A DNA stretch of 64,000 nt from positions 99,202,001 through 99,266,000 of the forward strand of contig NW_024704742.1 of the NCBI RefSeq assembly GCF_018977255.1, given 5' to 3'. The notes under the pieces are model-generated. The model worked only from the letters and a program-made list of their open reading frames with translations, did not search any database and was not told where the DNA came from. The translations under genes and the position numbers were made by a program. Origin of the DNA: Callorhinchus milii. Its lineage: Eukaryota. This document shows positions 39,231 to 52,582 of this stretch, in pieces. How positions within the stretch are numbered: position 1 is the stretch's first letter; each line of letters opens with the position of its first letter.

Positions 39231-40137
39231 AATTATAAAATAATCCTAACCAAAACAGCTCAGTTGCTGCATACAGTGACTCATTCTCTTCCAAACAGTA
39301 AGGTTGTAAGAGGATTCGGTGGTGACACCTGTCCAGTTCATAATCAGCAGAGTAGTTTTTTTTCCCTAAACTAACCACTGGCAACAGAGCACCATTGTGC
39401 GCACAAAAAAACACCCATTTTTCTCCCACCCATTCCCAGGCCACTGCTGCTCTTGGCACTACCCTGCTCAGTAATGATGGGACCAGCTAAGCCAATATAG
39501 TACTAAGGGGGTAAATCTGGCATGCGATGTAATCACAAGGACAGAATGTGTGCAGGCATTTGGTTTCAGGGTTGTACAGTCCTCGGCAGTCCCTTTGTAT
39601 TTTTACCAGCTTGATCCTCAATGTGGCACCTGTTGTGCTCACTTCCCCCGGACGGTGGTGTTGGTTCCTTGTTAAACTGGCAGTGAGTGGTGTCAGATTA
39701 CTGTGTGTGTGTATGTATGAATCACCCACAAAAAAAGAAACTATAACCCTTTCAGGACAAGTAACTTGCATGCCACAAACTAACATTTGCTTCAGCTTTA
39801 TTGGACTGCTGACAGCACAAAACAATAGCAAACTATTGTTACTTGCGGAGAAGATGTCGACCAGTGACCACATTTCACACTGCTGCCATCTCTCAACAAA
39901 TTGAAGGCTTAAAAAAGTGGAGAGAAATACCACATCCATGCAAACTACAATTATCCAAACAAATACTGGCATGTACAGTGTAAGCTACATAAAAACACTT
40001 AGAAACTTGATACAGTCTCCAAAACAGCCAAAAACCAGAGGTCAGAGTACACCAGCACATGCAAATGTGCTCACCACAAGCATAAATAAGTCATGGGACC
40101 CTGAGTTCAAATGTGTCCAATTTCAAAAACAAAGCGA

Positions 40138-40384
40138 TCTTAAAGCTGATCTGCTAGTGCCAGGACACTCCCTTGGCCATAATCCAGCTTCACGGATGTA
40201 GAAACGGAGATGGGCAGAGTTTCAGAAGGATGACCTCAAGCATATCCTGGTACCTGCAGGATTTCCTATTCACTAATCTTTTGCTAACCTACAAACTTGA
40301 CATTATCCTTTTCAAACTCAACATTGTAGCATGACTGGATTATGGCCAAGGGAGTGTCCTGGCACTAGCAGATCAGCTTTAAGA
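40138..40384. repeat. Perfect 50-bp inverted repeat with a 147-bp spacer
   Basis: 40138-40187 is the exact reverse complement of 40335-40384. Confidence 0.95.
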
Positions 40385-41991
40385 CTAAGTGACAACAGCA
40401 CACGTTCAAAGTGGAGTTGCAATGGTCTAGGATCAAAAATAGCAGAATGATATGAAATCAGACATCTATCTAGATCTGATTGCCTCCAACGTAAAGTCCA
40501 TCCCCACAGCCTACCAGCACCAAGTTGTAATTATGTTTAGGCCAGCACTTGAAGTCACACAACAGTTTGAAGCAGAAATAGACTACTTGTCAATCTGTCC
40601 ACAGAACTTTCCAATAAGAGTTTTAGGAAGCCACAATATTCCAATTTGCACTATAAAACAAACACTTTGCAATGCTGAATATAATAAAACGCTCTCCCAG
40701 ATTTTACCCCCTTTCCACTCAAGTCATCTATATACTTTAATACCGCTTGCAAATTTCCCCGTGAAATTTATTTTTAAAATGATTTTTCATTTTATTTTCC
40801 AGGAATTGTGTTATTTCATTTTATCACTACAGATGTTTTATTTACATTAATAAAATGCCTCAAATGACCATACAGAAAATCCCTTTGTTAAATTCCCTTT
40901 GGGAGAAATCTTTTTTTTCTTGCTTCCAAATTATTTTCCTTCTGCTTCGAACAGGTCCTGGCTTCCTTCCATTGAAAGCCTTGAGGAGGTTCCAAATAGC
41001 CCCAACCTGATGGCACCCAAAGGAACCCTCTTGTCCCTAACCCAACTCCTCAAGTGACACCCACCCATTTCCAGGCCCGCAAGCTTCTCATTAGGGCGTC
41101 ATCGCCTTTGATTGGCCAATTGACCCGTCTTCCTGTGCTAGGTTTGTAATATTTTTATTTTATTTCCTTTTTTACACTGTTTTTCATTTCATGTTTTCAT
41201 ATTTGTGAAATAAACACAGGGCTCTACAAATACCTGCTCTGCATGATGAGTCATTACCTCGGTTAGACAGTGTCTGACACATGCCACCCACCCTAATACA
41301 GAGAGTATTAGGCAAAGGTTAAGCCTAGCTCTCGTATCAGCAGGATATTGGATTGTGAAGTGGGTGGGGGAGGCGGAGAAAGGAGGGAAAAAGAGAGAAA
41401 AATAAGTAATCAAGCCTGGCCTCCGCCTTCCCACTTATCCATACCATAGCAATTGGGAGTGGAAATACTAGCTTCCCCCATCCCCAAATCTCCTGATTCC
41501 AAGAGTTTGGAAGTCAATTGCGGCCACTGGGGGCAGGTATTCTTCCCACTCAGTTCCTGTTAACCTGCAAGCCAAAACTCTAACTAGTAGGGTCCTCCCT
41601 GGATAAGCAGCTTGCTGGATATAGTTCATAATGGCAAGCTTTGCAATTTTGGCTGATTAACTTCAACAGCACATCAAATTTCACCAACCTGCACCTAATC
41701 CTCTCTGGAATTAAGTAAACACCATACATTCCTCGAGGGAGAGAGTGTGCATACCTCCCAAGACACACAGACCTTTCTGGAGGACCTTTTCTAGTTTAGA
41801 TACTGTTAAGCATGATGACAGGACACCCAGTTGACCAAAATAAAACTGTTAGAGTCCCTCAATGCTGCCCTGGCTGAGATAAGTTAACCTCAGCACTGAA
41901 CCAAGATCAAACCTGGGCACCTTCTGCATTTTGGCATGACACCATTGGAAGGCAGAGTTGCTAAAATGTCAGGTTTCTTAACCTTTCTTAC

Positions 41992-42120
41992 CTGGTTAAG
42001 GTAGTTTTCTTTTTGGTTTCGAAGATTTCTGCATCCAGATTGAGAGATTGCAACTGTTGGTTGAGCTGTTTCCCAGTCTTCTTCGGTTTCTCTTCCACGA
42101 TTGCAGTCTCAGGCTCTGAA
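41992..42120 (-). CDS. GRAMD2B: GRAMD2B coding exon 2 (SEPETAIVEEKPKK...KKKTTLT)
   Basis: CAG acceptor, GTAAGA donor, 129 nt, phase 2 to 2, open frame resembling SEAENGVEEKKK. Confidence 0.88.
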
Positions 42121-42839
42121 CTGGGAACATATTAAACGTGCAGTCAGGATACTGAACAACAGCAACAACTTGCATTCATCTAGCGCCCTTCACATGGGGT
42201 AGCGCCTTGGAACAATCACATATTTGATAAAGCCGCAAACCCAGTTCTGACTGGCACAAGTAAATTACAGTGTTGAGCAATTATAAATGAGAGTTGCCAG
42301 TTTTGACAACTTGTTGCTGCTTAAACAAGCCAAGACTCGGTAATCCTAGGTTATTATATGAACACTTTTTACACCAGGCTATAGAATTAGTTGACAAACA
42401 GCTCCAGTGGTTTTTGCCTTGACAAATAGGTGTTTTTTGCCAATGCTTTCACTTTGTTTACAGCAAGAGAAAAGCCAAATAGAAATGCATCTTCTCATCA
42501 CTAAATTTAGGAAGAAAACTACTACACAAGGCATAATTGAACAAGATCAGAGACTTGAAAATCCTCATAATTTTATTTAGTCTTTAAAATAATCAAGAAC
42601 TGAGGAACATTCTTCAATTTAGTGTTAATATTTGAAAGCTGGTTCTTAAGAACTGCGAAAAAATGGCTTCCAAATCACGATTCTGCAATTCTGTGCAATC
42701 TTAAATTTTAAAATGAAATGGTTTTATAGGTTAAGACTGGGTGGAATCTTGAGCCCAAGGAATATATCTTCAAATTTGTTGAGGAGTGGATTTTTCTGGC
42801 TGAACAGAAACCAGGAAGCAGTTGGTTCTTACATATTAA

Positions 42840-43070
42840 TCTTTCCCCCATCCTCGCCCAACTTCACTGGCTTCCCATCACGCAGAGGGTACAGTTCAAG
42901 ATCCTGGTTCTCGCCTTAAAAACCCTCCTCTTCCACCGTGCTTTCGATCTCCCTGCCCTCCACCCTTCCGAACCCCGACCCCCAGCTCGGGTCCGTAACT
43001 CTGTCTGTCCAGAGCCTTGGGACGTCCTCCCGACGTGAAAGGCGCTACACAAATGTAATTTTGTTGTTGT
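42840..43070 (+). mobile_element. L2 3' fragment with internal deletion
   Basis: L2 tail TTGGGACGTCCTCCCGACGTGAAAGGCGC followed by (GTT)n. Confidence 0.82.
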
Positions 43071-44073
43071 TCCATCTCAGATCCCAAATTCAGTCAGCAA
43101 GAAACAGCAAAGGAATATTGGTCAGTACCTTTATTCTTAATTAGATTAAGGGTATAGAAACCAACACAAACAAAACATTTGCCTTTTAAATTTGTAGTAT
43201 TCAACAAGGAATCAGTCGGGCTAACAGAGATTCCTTCCAGTAACTAAACTGTCTTCCTTGGGGATTATCTGGCTGCAGGGTGACATGCTTGGCAATGGAA
43301 TGTGAGAATCAAGTTAATTCTTTGTGGCCATTTTAGTAGTCTGGTCCCTGAACTAAGCAGGATTGCAGTACTCCAGGACACTGCTGATGACAGACCAACT
43401 AGCTTGGTTAGCTGCAAGACTTGGAGGGACAGACCAGCCACTGGGTGCACTCATTCCTCTCACTCTGCACATGTTAACCCTGCAAGCCAAAGCCCCAACA
43501 GGTAGTAGGGTGACTCTACCGAGACAGGCAATGGAAAGCTTTTCAGACAATGCTCTCAATGGCAAACTATGTTATTTTAATTGTTTAAACTCCAGCCGAA
43601 CCCTAACGCACAGACTGGAGTCCATAAGCCTTGGCTCTTGCCAACGTGCTTAATAATCTCTAAAGAGGTTCTGTTCCTCCACAGAGAGGGAGTGTACATT
43701 CCATCCAAATTTTCATGTGTAAGTGGGATGTACGTGTGGAACGCTGGTTTGGATACTGTTTTGCTGACCAAAAAAAGTTTGGCAACTAAATATATCCTCC
43801 AACATGAGAGGCACTATATCAAATGCAAGGATTATTAATAGTACACCTAGTTTCAGAACAGAGCTACCATGGTCAACAAAAATTCTAACAGGAAGAAATC
43901 AAGTTATGAAATATCAAGTTCATTCCCAATGCAGGCATGAGTATTGTAACATTCATAATTCATTTAGTTAGTTGGTACATTTTAACCTTATGGGGAGAAA
44001 CACCCACACAGAGACACCACCAATTCTCTTCACCACTCTAAATCCGAAACTTTTACTGATTTCTATGCAATTC

Positions 44074-44359
44074 AATAATAATACTCACATTTTGATATAG
44101 CGCCTTATCACATCTTTGAGACGTCTCGAAGCGCTTCACAGAATATACTGTTAAGTGAATTGACTGCATATTTTGTGGGTCAAACATGGCAGCCAATTGC
44201 TCACATCAGTGTCCCACAAACAGTTGTGGATTGAGTGACCAATTTATAATTATTATTTATTTTTAAGGAATTATTGCCCCGGAAAAACAATCCACCAATC
44301 GACTAACAACCGGCTTCCTACTTACTGCTAGGTAAACAGAGGCATGTGGAGTAAGGAAG
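44074..44359 (-). mobile_element. Long subfamily B SINE, 5'-truncated
   Basis: Matches the copy at 31358 up to GGAGTAAGGAA. Confidence 0.85.
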
Positions 44360-44446
44360 GGGGGTCTGGGACCCGAAATGTTAACTCGCTTTCCTTTCTC
44401 CATAGACGCTGCCTGACCTGCTGAGTGTTCCCAGTGACTTCTGTAT
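44360..44446 (+). mobile_element. Penelope-like element terminal-repeat remnant
   Basis: GGGTC-TGG-GACCC-GAAA-TGTTAAC...GCTGCCTGACCTGCTGAG resembles chondrichthyan PLE termini as I recall them. Confidence 0.6.
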
Positions 44447-46000
44447 TAAAAATGTGATGTTTTGCTATGTTTTTGTAATGGGGAATCAGATTAAAGATAT
44501 AGAGAAGAGCACCATTTTTTTAAATCAATGAAAGGAAGGTAAGACCCCAGAATAATTCAGGCAGTCAAGAAATTGCCCCTTACATCAAGATATTGGCATG
44601 CAAGCCAATTGCCGTATGCACTGTCAAGTAATGTTAATAAAAGCATCACCAGGATAAATGCTTTCAATAGGCCATTTATCATCTGAATGGTAGACAATAT
44701 CATGAGGCAAGATAGCAGCTTAACAGGTGCACAAAGTAACATTTTTTCTTGAAGCTATCCTAATCTTCTTTGCATAGTCCGTCTCCTACTTGAAGCTATT
44801 CTTAACAAAATTTATTTACTAGCCAGGTAAAGAGAGATTAATCAGGGGCAGAAACTTAAAGTCCAACAAAAATAACAAGGCAATCTTTGACTGGTTAGAA
44901 ATACAAAGATTATTAAATCTTTACATCTATCTTCAAACCTGGTGATACAGGTTGAAGTAAGTCAACGAGCAGTAGTGGGGAAACCATTGGCTTTTCGAGT
45001 TCCATCCAAAAACCTCTTAAGGAAATGGAATTTAATCTGCAATAATAATCTTTGTACTTCATACAACATCTCATCACGTTGTTGAGACATCTCAAAGCGA
45101 ATCACAGAATATAATAATAATAATCCTTGCATTTGACATAGCGCCTTATCACCCTGTAATGTGGGGTGACTGTGGGTATTTTGTGAATTTAGCAACTTTT
45201 AAAAAAAGACAACTACTTCCTCCAGTGTCAGGTCCTACAGTTGAGCCCATATATCTGTGCTGAGAGCTCTATCCACTACTGAGCCCAAAAGATTTTAGTG
45301 AGCCAGCCGAGTGATGAAAACTGCCCGCCAGTTTGAGTCACGGGATATCAGCTTTAGTTAGATATCCATAAGTCCTCAAAAAGTGCTGGTTGCATGATTT
45401 GGCTCATTATATCATTCTGAAGACACAACTTCCGAGCAGAGGCAGAATGAGCTCACACTGCAAAAAGAAAGTACAGCAATATTCTTCCAAAAAATGCCTC
45501 AAATATTCCAAAACAAAGCATTTTGCATTTGTGTAGCTCAGAAGATTTTTACTGAAATTGCACACATTTGCTGTGGGGGAAAAAAATGGTGCAACACTAA
45601 CCATAAATCTTTCAAATAGCTAAATCGGGAAATGCTGCAAACACTCACATAATATGCAGAAAGCATCTCACCCCAAGCATGCACAGAGTTAAATATTTCT
45701 ATCAATAGTCATGATTAGCCTAAAATAGTCATTTTCCTCTTAGCAATCAGCTCTACCTCCCTACTCTCCCCACCCCGCCTACAAACAGAAATAAACAGAA
45801 CCACTTTATAAAAGTTTCAATTATAATACTGCAGTTTGAAGAATGGCAATTTGAAGGAACTTTTGTACATGGAATTCCCTGCAGATGTGCATTATGCCCA
45901 GGGGTGGGGTCCCATTAACAGTGCTATTTTCCCGCCTAGCAACTTCACTGACTTGAACAATGCTCTCTGCGATAAATTAGAATTGGACTAAAACTAAAAC

Positions 46001-46224
46001 CGACACAGACACGCACAGACACACACACACACGCAGACACACAGCACCTTCAGTCAAAAACATTCTTCTGAACCAATCATGAAGTTAAAACCACTCTGAG
46101 ATGCAGAATATCACTTTAAATCTCATCACTTCAAACAAATTAAGCTCTTCATTGAAAGTCTTTTGTGCAGGTTAACACCCAAGTTCAGAAAGAGAAAGAA
46201 AGAGAGCGAGAGAGAGAGAGCGAG
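46001..46224. repeat. Imperfect (CA)n (46001-46043) and (GA)n (46191-46224) microsatellites
   Basis: Directly visible dinucleotide runs. Confidence 0.85.
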
Positions 46225-49200
46225 CCCTTCTGGTTTGAACAACAAATACCTCACTTTCCAGACAGCTACTTTAAAGTCATGCTTCACTTAAATTGCTAAA
46301 TTCACAGCGGCCGACTCCATACACTGCAACACAATATAAAGAAAAGTTCCCACCTCCCCATGTCAAGTGAAGTTGCTCCTGTTTCAAGGTCTTTTAAACC
46401 GTTTCGGTGGAAGTTTGAATGTCTGCTCACTTCCTGCAACACTGTAGCATCACAAAGCAGGCTTGTAATTTGATAGCATCTGACACATCCTGGTTCACGC
46501 CAGAGAGGAAGGGAAAACCTCACACCGTTCTGGTCACGCGAGTTCTCTCAAGCAGGAAGTAGATAAATGAACAGATGGGCCTGGGGCAGATCTTATTACT
46601 GGGTACCCAAACGTGCAAAATCGTCAACAGTAACAAAGTATAGATTAAGTTCGGGTGCACATGCGGTGATGGGTCAAGGCTACAATTCTGCCATCCAATG
46701 CGTCTTGACCGGTTGCTGCATGCACACTTACCAGCAAGCAATGGAATCGCAGGAAACAAAGTTCTTCTGCGCATGTGTTGATGGATCAAGACTACACGAG
46801 AGTTTTACTGGATATTAAAATGCAAGGATTATTTGTATCTACAATATTCATACAGAGGACAGAGGAACACAAACTTAAAAAAAATTCAGCGCATCTTTGT
46901 CAAAAAGCAAAACTATATTCATCTCCATCCAAATAACAAACTTTAAGGACAAGCCATCAAATCTCAAGCATCTACTGAAATACAATCTCAGCCATGAATC
47001 AGTGCAGGGGGAAAGCGCTACTATTAGCTTTAATAGTAATGGAAATCCCTCTCATAGGATTCCCATTACTTTTTGTGACCAGCTCAAGAAAGACCACCTT
47101 CCTCCTCCTCCCCAAAGACACACACACACACAAAAAAGTAATGATGCCATTAATTCAGAGAAGAAAATTCCCCAGTTTAGTTCTACCTTATATTATTATT
47201 ATTATTATTGTTATTACCTTCAGTTGTGGATGAGTTTAAGTAAAATATGTGTTTCCATACTAGAGCGTTGCTATACATTTCTGTAAACATTTTAGATACA
47301 CAGAAAAATGACAAGCTTCAGAAACCATCTACACACTCAATGGCAATATTGAGAGGATCAAAACAGCAAAACAACTGGTGTATGACAGAATGCAGTAAAG
47401 TACTTCTTACTGCAGACCTTAAAGCATGTAAAATAAACACTTGCAAATAATTTTTATTAAATTACCCATTTTAGTTTGAAACCTAATAATACCATTTAGA
47501 GGAAGGAAGCTTCCACATGGTTTATACTATTTCAAATCTCACCTTCTTTGAGCTGCCAACAGATGTTTACACAGAGACTCTTATGAAGTGAAGCTAGGGG
47601 GTGGGGCAATGAGAATGGTGGATGAAAACCCTAGGGAGATGGATCTTAAGTTGAGTTTTGAAGGGGCAGGGATTGTGAGATAGAATTTCAGAGAACAGGG
47701 TCAGAATGGCTGAAAGCTTGCCCACTGATGGAGGGGTGGATTGAGTAAGGGACATGAAGCCAGCTCCTGTCTGCTGAGATGAGGAAGTGTCGGAGCAGTA
47801 AGGTCACAGAGATAAGAGTTTTGGCAGGAGATCTGAGCTGAGTCATATGCAATACCCCTAAACCATTGCTTCAATTACAAACCACTCTTTCCTGTTCTCA
47901 GACTATGTATTAGAAGCAGTATTGTGAAAATTTTACTGAACATTTTAGGCGCTCATTACACCTGACTAAGCACAAAATTCTACATTAAAACAAATCTTCA
48001 AGCAATCAAGGAGCCGTCACTATGAGGGCACTGTGTTTCAGGATTACTCTGCTCCATGTATCACATTTATGGAGGTGTGCTGAGCACTGTGGTGAATTGG
48101 TCCCCATGCACCTATAAATAAACTAATGCAATATTAAAAAGTATAAATAGCAGGACACAAGACGTAAAATAAATTACTTTTAAAATCACATTATTTATAA
48201 GCGCACAGGGACAAATTTGTGAAACTTGCTGAATGGAAAAGAACAGCACTTAGCTCACGTCAGTGAAGCAACATACAGAACAGTACAAGTCCTTGTTGGG
48301 ATTAAACTAAATAGATTGATGCTTACTGGTTCTGATCTTGTATCATGGCAGACTTTGTCAACATTAGTAATTGTAGCCATTTGCCACCATAATGGAAGAA
48401 ATTAACCACAATCTCAAGTTACCAAAATGCCAAAAGTTACATAGCACAGAAACAGGCCATTTGGACCAAATTTTCTGTGTCTATGCATCATGGTTTTATA
48501 GATACCTCCACACTTCCTAAATCATTGCTCTCCAAACCCACTTATCCCTTTCACCCTCATGTATCAACCAGTTTTGATGGAAAACAAATCGAGGGCTAAA
48601 AGAAAGATAACTTCTAGTTTGTTACTCTTGTGCATTCTTTCTGAAAGTTTAATACCAGAAATAATTGGTTATATTCAGCAACAAAAAAGCATTTGATCTG
48701 AAGCTCCTTAAATAAGTCTTGGTGAGAGAGCAATTGGTCACCTAAATCTGTTGATAACAAACAGCACACTAATTATCCATCAGAATTGTTGGACATATTT
48801 GTATCCTTTTGGGTTTTGTAATCCAGTTTCATTGTGCTAACAGGTCGTTTACTAAAATTATCTATTTGTTTACAGTTACATCATAAATTCCATAAATTCC
48901 TTTTAAAATATATGCAACACAACAACTTGCACTCAAAATAGCAGTTTTCAAGAAATGGAATATTTAAAAGTGCTGTCACTTTGCCCCCAACTCTTTGGAG
49001 CTCTCCCCTCCCCCAACCTAAATCCCTCAATTTGGGGTGGGAGAGGAGGAAAATAAAGTGGCAAGGATGTTCTGAAAGGTGAGATCAGATGGGTCGAAGG
49101 GCCTTCTTCATTTGGAAGAATCTTGTGACCTCTCCACTTTCAAACCTACCACTTACTGAATCTAACCATCTCCATCGATCCTACCCCCTCATTTCTCCAC

Positions 49201-49964
49201 CCTGGTCTGGCCTCCACTCCAGCCTTAGTAAAGCACTTTCACAAGTTTAACTATGTGAAAGGTGCTATTTAAGTGCAAGAAGTTGTTGATCGCCAGGCTT
49301 GTTTACAAATCTACTGCACCATCAGCCAGCCTTACCACAAAGCAAGTCATTTAAGACAGAGCAAAATCATAAGAATCAGTTTTAATTCAGGATGAGTTAA
49401 GCCAGATAAGAAATTCCTGAATTTGAAATAAAGAGCCAATGTAGGACACAAAAATACTAGCAAGCAATGAAGTAGCATTAAGTACAAACAGAGGCCTATT
49501 TCATCAGTTAAATGACAGAGATGATAAAGCAAGCCAACACAAATATTATGACAGGGAAACTATTAACTAAGATTTCCTGTAGGATTTCCTGTTTAGACAT
49601 AATAAGAAAAAACAGAATCTGAACCAACGTTGTAAGAGGTTGTATTCATAAGCAGCCAAGCTAATTTATTCTTCTCTAAGACTTCCCGAAGTGTAGTCCA
49701 TTTTAAAACTCAATATAGTCATGGATTTAAGAAGATTAGTGATCTGTACCCTCGAGGATCAAACAGCTTATTGCTAAAGTGGCTCATTTATTCCCAGGAG
49801 CACATTTAGTAACCTTCAATAATCGGCAGTTCAACCAAATGTTTGTTTAGTACTGAAATAATTGACTCGATTTCAGGTTGTAGTAAATATACTGCTGTAT
49901 TTATGTACCATCTAATCACTGGGTTAACAATACTTTACGTAGGGTATACACACAGATTGATAAC

Positions 49965-50440
49965 GGGCAAATGAAGTTTAATACAGATAAAATATAAGGT
50001 CTACATTAGGAAGTAAGAATAGAAACACAAATGCTTTATGGATGAGATAGAACTTGCCAAGGGAAAAGCTGAAGTGATCTAGGAGTGTTTAGTTGACATC
50101 GCTTGGTATGTCAAAACAGTGTGAGGCAGTAATAAACAGAAGTGCATGCAATTTTAAATGGGAATGAAAAAGTAAATCCAGATCAATACTTTTGGATGCA
50201 CAAAGACAGTAGAACCAGAGAACATAGGTTGAGTTTAAAAGGATAATTCAGGACAGATAGCAGGAGATTTTGTTTTCACCCAAAGGGTAAATTAACAACT
50301 GGAAGACGTTGCTAGGAAGAGTGATTGAGGCTGAACATTTAAAAAGTAGCTTGATGCTGTGATGGGAGGATGGGCATTCTGGTGGGATGTGATCAGATGG
50401 GTCAAAGGTTCTTCATCCAAACCAATCTATTAAGAGATTA
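49965..50440 (+). mobile_element. Old CR1-type 3' relic
   Basis: Diverged W.MKFN..K and F.QRV.N.W segments. Confidence 0.6.
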
Positions 50441-51424
50441 TACAAAATAAAAACAATATTCTATTGTTAGTTTCCAAGAATACAGCAGCATATTCATTGG
50501 AGTGCAATTATGACAGTTACAAATTTACAAAAGGCATAACATAACTGATCTGTAGATATGAATCGAGCAAATCACTTGGAAAGTCACTGGCCTTCAATAA
50601 TGGCAAACAGTCCACATTGATTTGGTAAATAGTTTTAAAGAATCTGCAGCTTTTTAAACAATGAGGGATCTATAATGACCACGATACATTTGGTCAATAA
50701 TTAAAATATTAAACTGGCACTTTATATTCACCACGAATTACAGTCACACATGAACTGTATAATACAGTATATCCTATGAAGCACTTAAGAGACTGATGAT
50801 GTGATAAGGCACTACATAATAATCCTTGCATTTGAAATGCAAAAAATACATCAAATGCATGGATTAATTATTATTATTTCAGGCACAATAAGAACGAAAG
50901 GTACTGGATCACTGGGTATTTTCAAGCTTATCTTCAATTTATTACCCCCTGGTATAATGAGTGAAACACTTAGTGTCATATAAACATTAGAATTACAGAA
51001 ATGTATATTTAATGCGTTCAAAAACAGAACACTAATCCAGACCACAGTGGCGTGTATGATGAAGCTTTAATATTGCACAAATCGTGCTTCATGATGACAT
51101 GAATAAAACATGTGCAATAAGAGCACAAGCCTTAAATATGATACCGCAAGTTGAACATTGATATTGCGACATGCAACATAATGTGTGCCTCACATAGGAT
51201 CACTGTGGATATTAAAGACAAGTATTTTTAAAGAAGGGTCATTTGGGGAAAACGGCTATTTCAGTAATGTTCATAACCATAGAAAATATACAAGACAGAA
51301 GTAAACATTCATCCATTGTACCTGGGTTAGGTCTCTGAAGGAACTATTTATTTAATCCCATCTCCAGGCTCCTCCCCTACCCACACACGTATTTCAAATA
51401 CTTATCCAATTCCCTCTTAATTCC

Positions 51425-52497
51425 CACACTGTCATGTCTGGCGTCCCCAGGGCTCTGTCCTTGGCCCTCTCCTCTTTGATATCTACATGCTCCCCCTCGG
51501 TGACATCATCCACAGACATGGGGTCAACTTCCATATGTATGCAAATGACACCCAACTCTATCTTTCTGCCTCCACCCTCAACTCCAGGACCACTGCAGTC
51601 CTGACAGACTGCCGGTCGGACATCAAGTCCTGGCTGAGGGCAAATTTCCTACAGTTGAGTGTGAACAAGACTGAGGCCCTCCTGATTGGCTCGCGCCAGC
51701 GCCTCTGCACCTCAGGCTCTGGCAGCATCAACCTCCATGGTTGCACACTACAACTCACCAAACCAGTCAGGAACCCAGGTATCTTGTTTGACCTTCAATT
51801 GTCTTTTCTTCTCTACATCCAAGCCATGACCCGCTCTGCCTTCCCTCACCTCCGCAACATCGCCCGACTCCGCCACTACCTCACCCCTCAGGCCACTGAA
51901 ACTGTTGTTCATGCCTTCATCATCTCCAGGCTCGACTATGCAAATGCCCTGCTTGTCGCCTCCTCAACTCCTCCCTCCACAGGCTGCAGATAATCCAGAA
52001 CTCTGTGTCATCTCCCACACCAAACTCCATGACCCCATCTCCCCCACTCTCGCCCGACTCCATTGGCTCCCTATCCTTCAGAGAATCCAGTTCAAGATCC
52101 TTGTCCTCATCTACAAAGCCCTCAATGGTCTCGCCCCACCCTACCTCTGCGACCTCCTAACCCCCTACCAACCCGACCGCTCCCTCCGCTCAGCCGACTC
52201 CGGCCTACTCCACATCTCCCGACTCACCCACTCCAACATTGGCGGGAGAGCCTTCACCCACTCTGCCTCCAACCTCTGGAACTCCAACCCCAATCACTCC
52301 GCCTCATCCCCTCCTTAGCCTCCTTCAAGTTCCGCCTCAAAACCCTCCTCTTCGACCATGCCATTGGTCACCCCCCTTCCCCTCCCCTCACCCCCGTGAC
52401 CCCAGCTCGGGTCTGAAATGCTGTACACTGTCCAGCACCTTGGGACGTCCTCCTGACGTGAAAGGCGCTGTACAAATGTAATCTTGTTGATGTTGTT
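51425..52497 (+). mobile_element. L2 3' portion
   Basis: [19 protein letters not shown] and SRLDYAN motifs; L2 tail. Confidence 0.93.
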
Positions 52498-52582
52498 AAA
52501 AGCCAACATGGATTCAAACCTCCATTGTAGGTTAGGTATTCCCTGTCCCAACAATCTTCTGTACAAAAAGAATATTTTAACC

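Noticed and set aside
39643..39700. Alternative exon (phase 2 to 0) mutually exclusive with exon 3
   Set aside because: The acceptor is a CA repeat with no pyrimidine tract, and the peptide does not resemble GRAMD2B.
42113..42123. Second AG acceptor 5 nt into exon 2
   Set aside because: It would shift the frame relative to the phase-2 exon 1.
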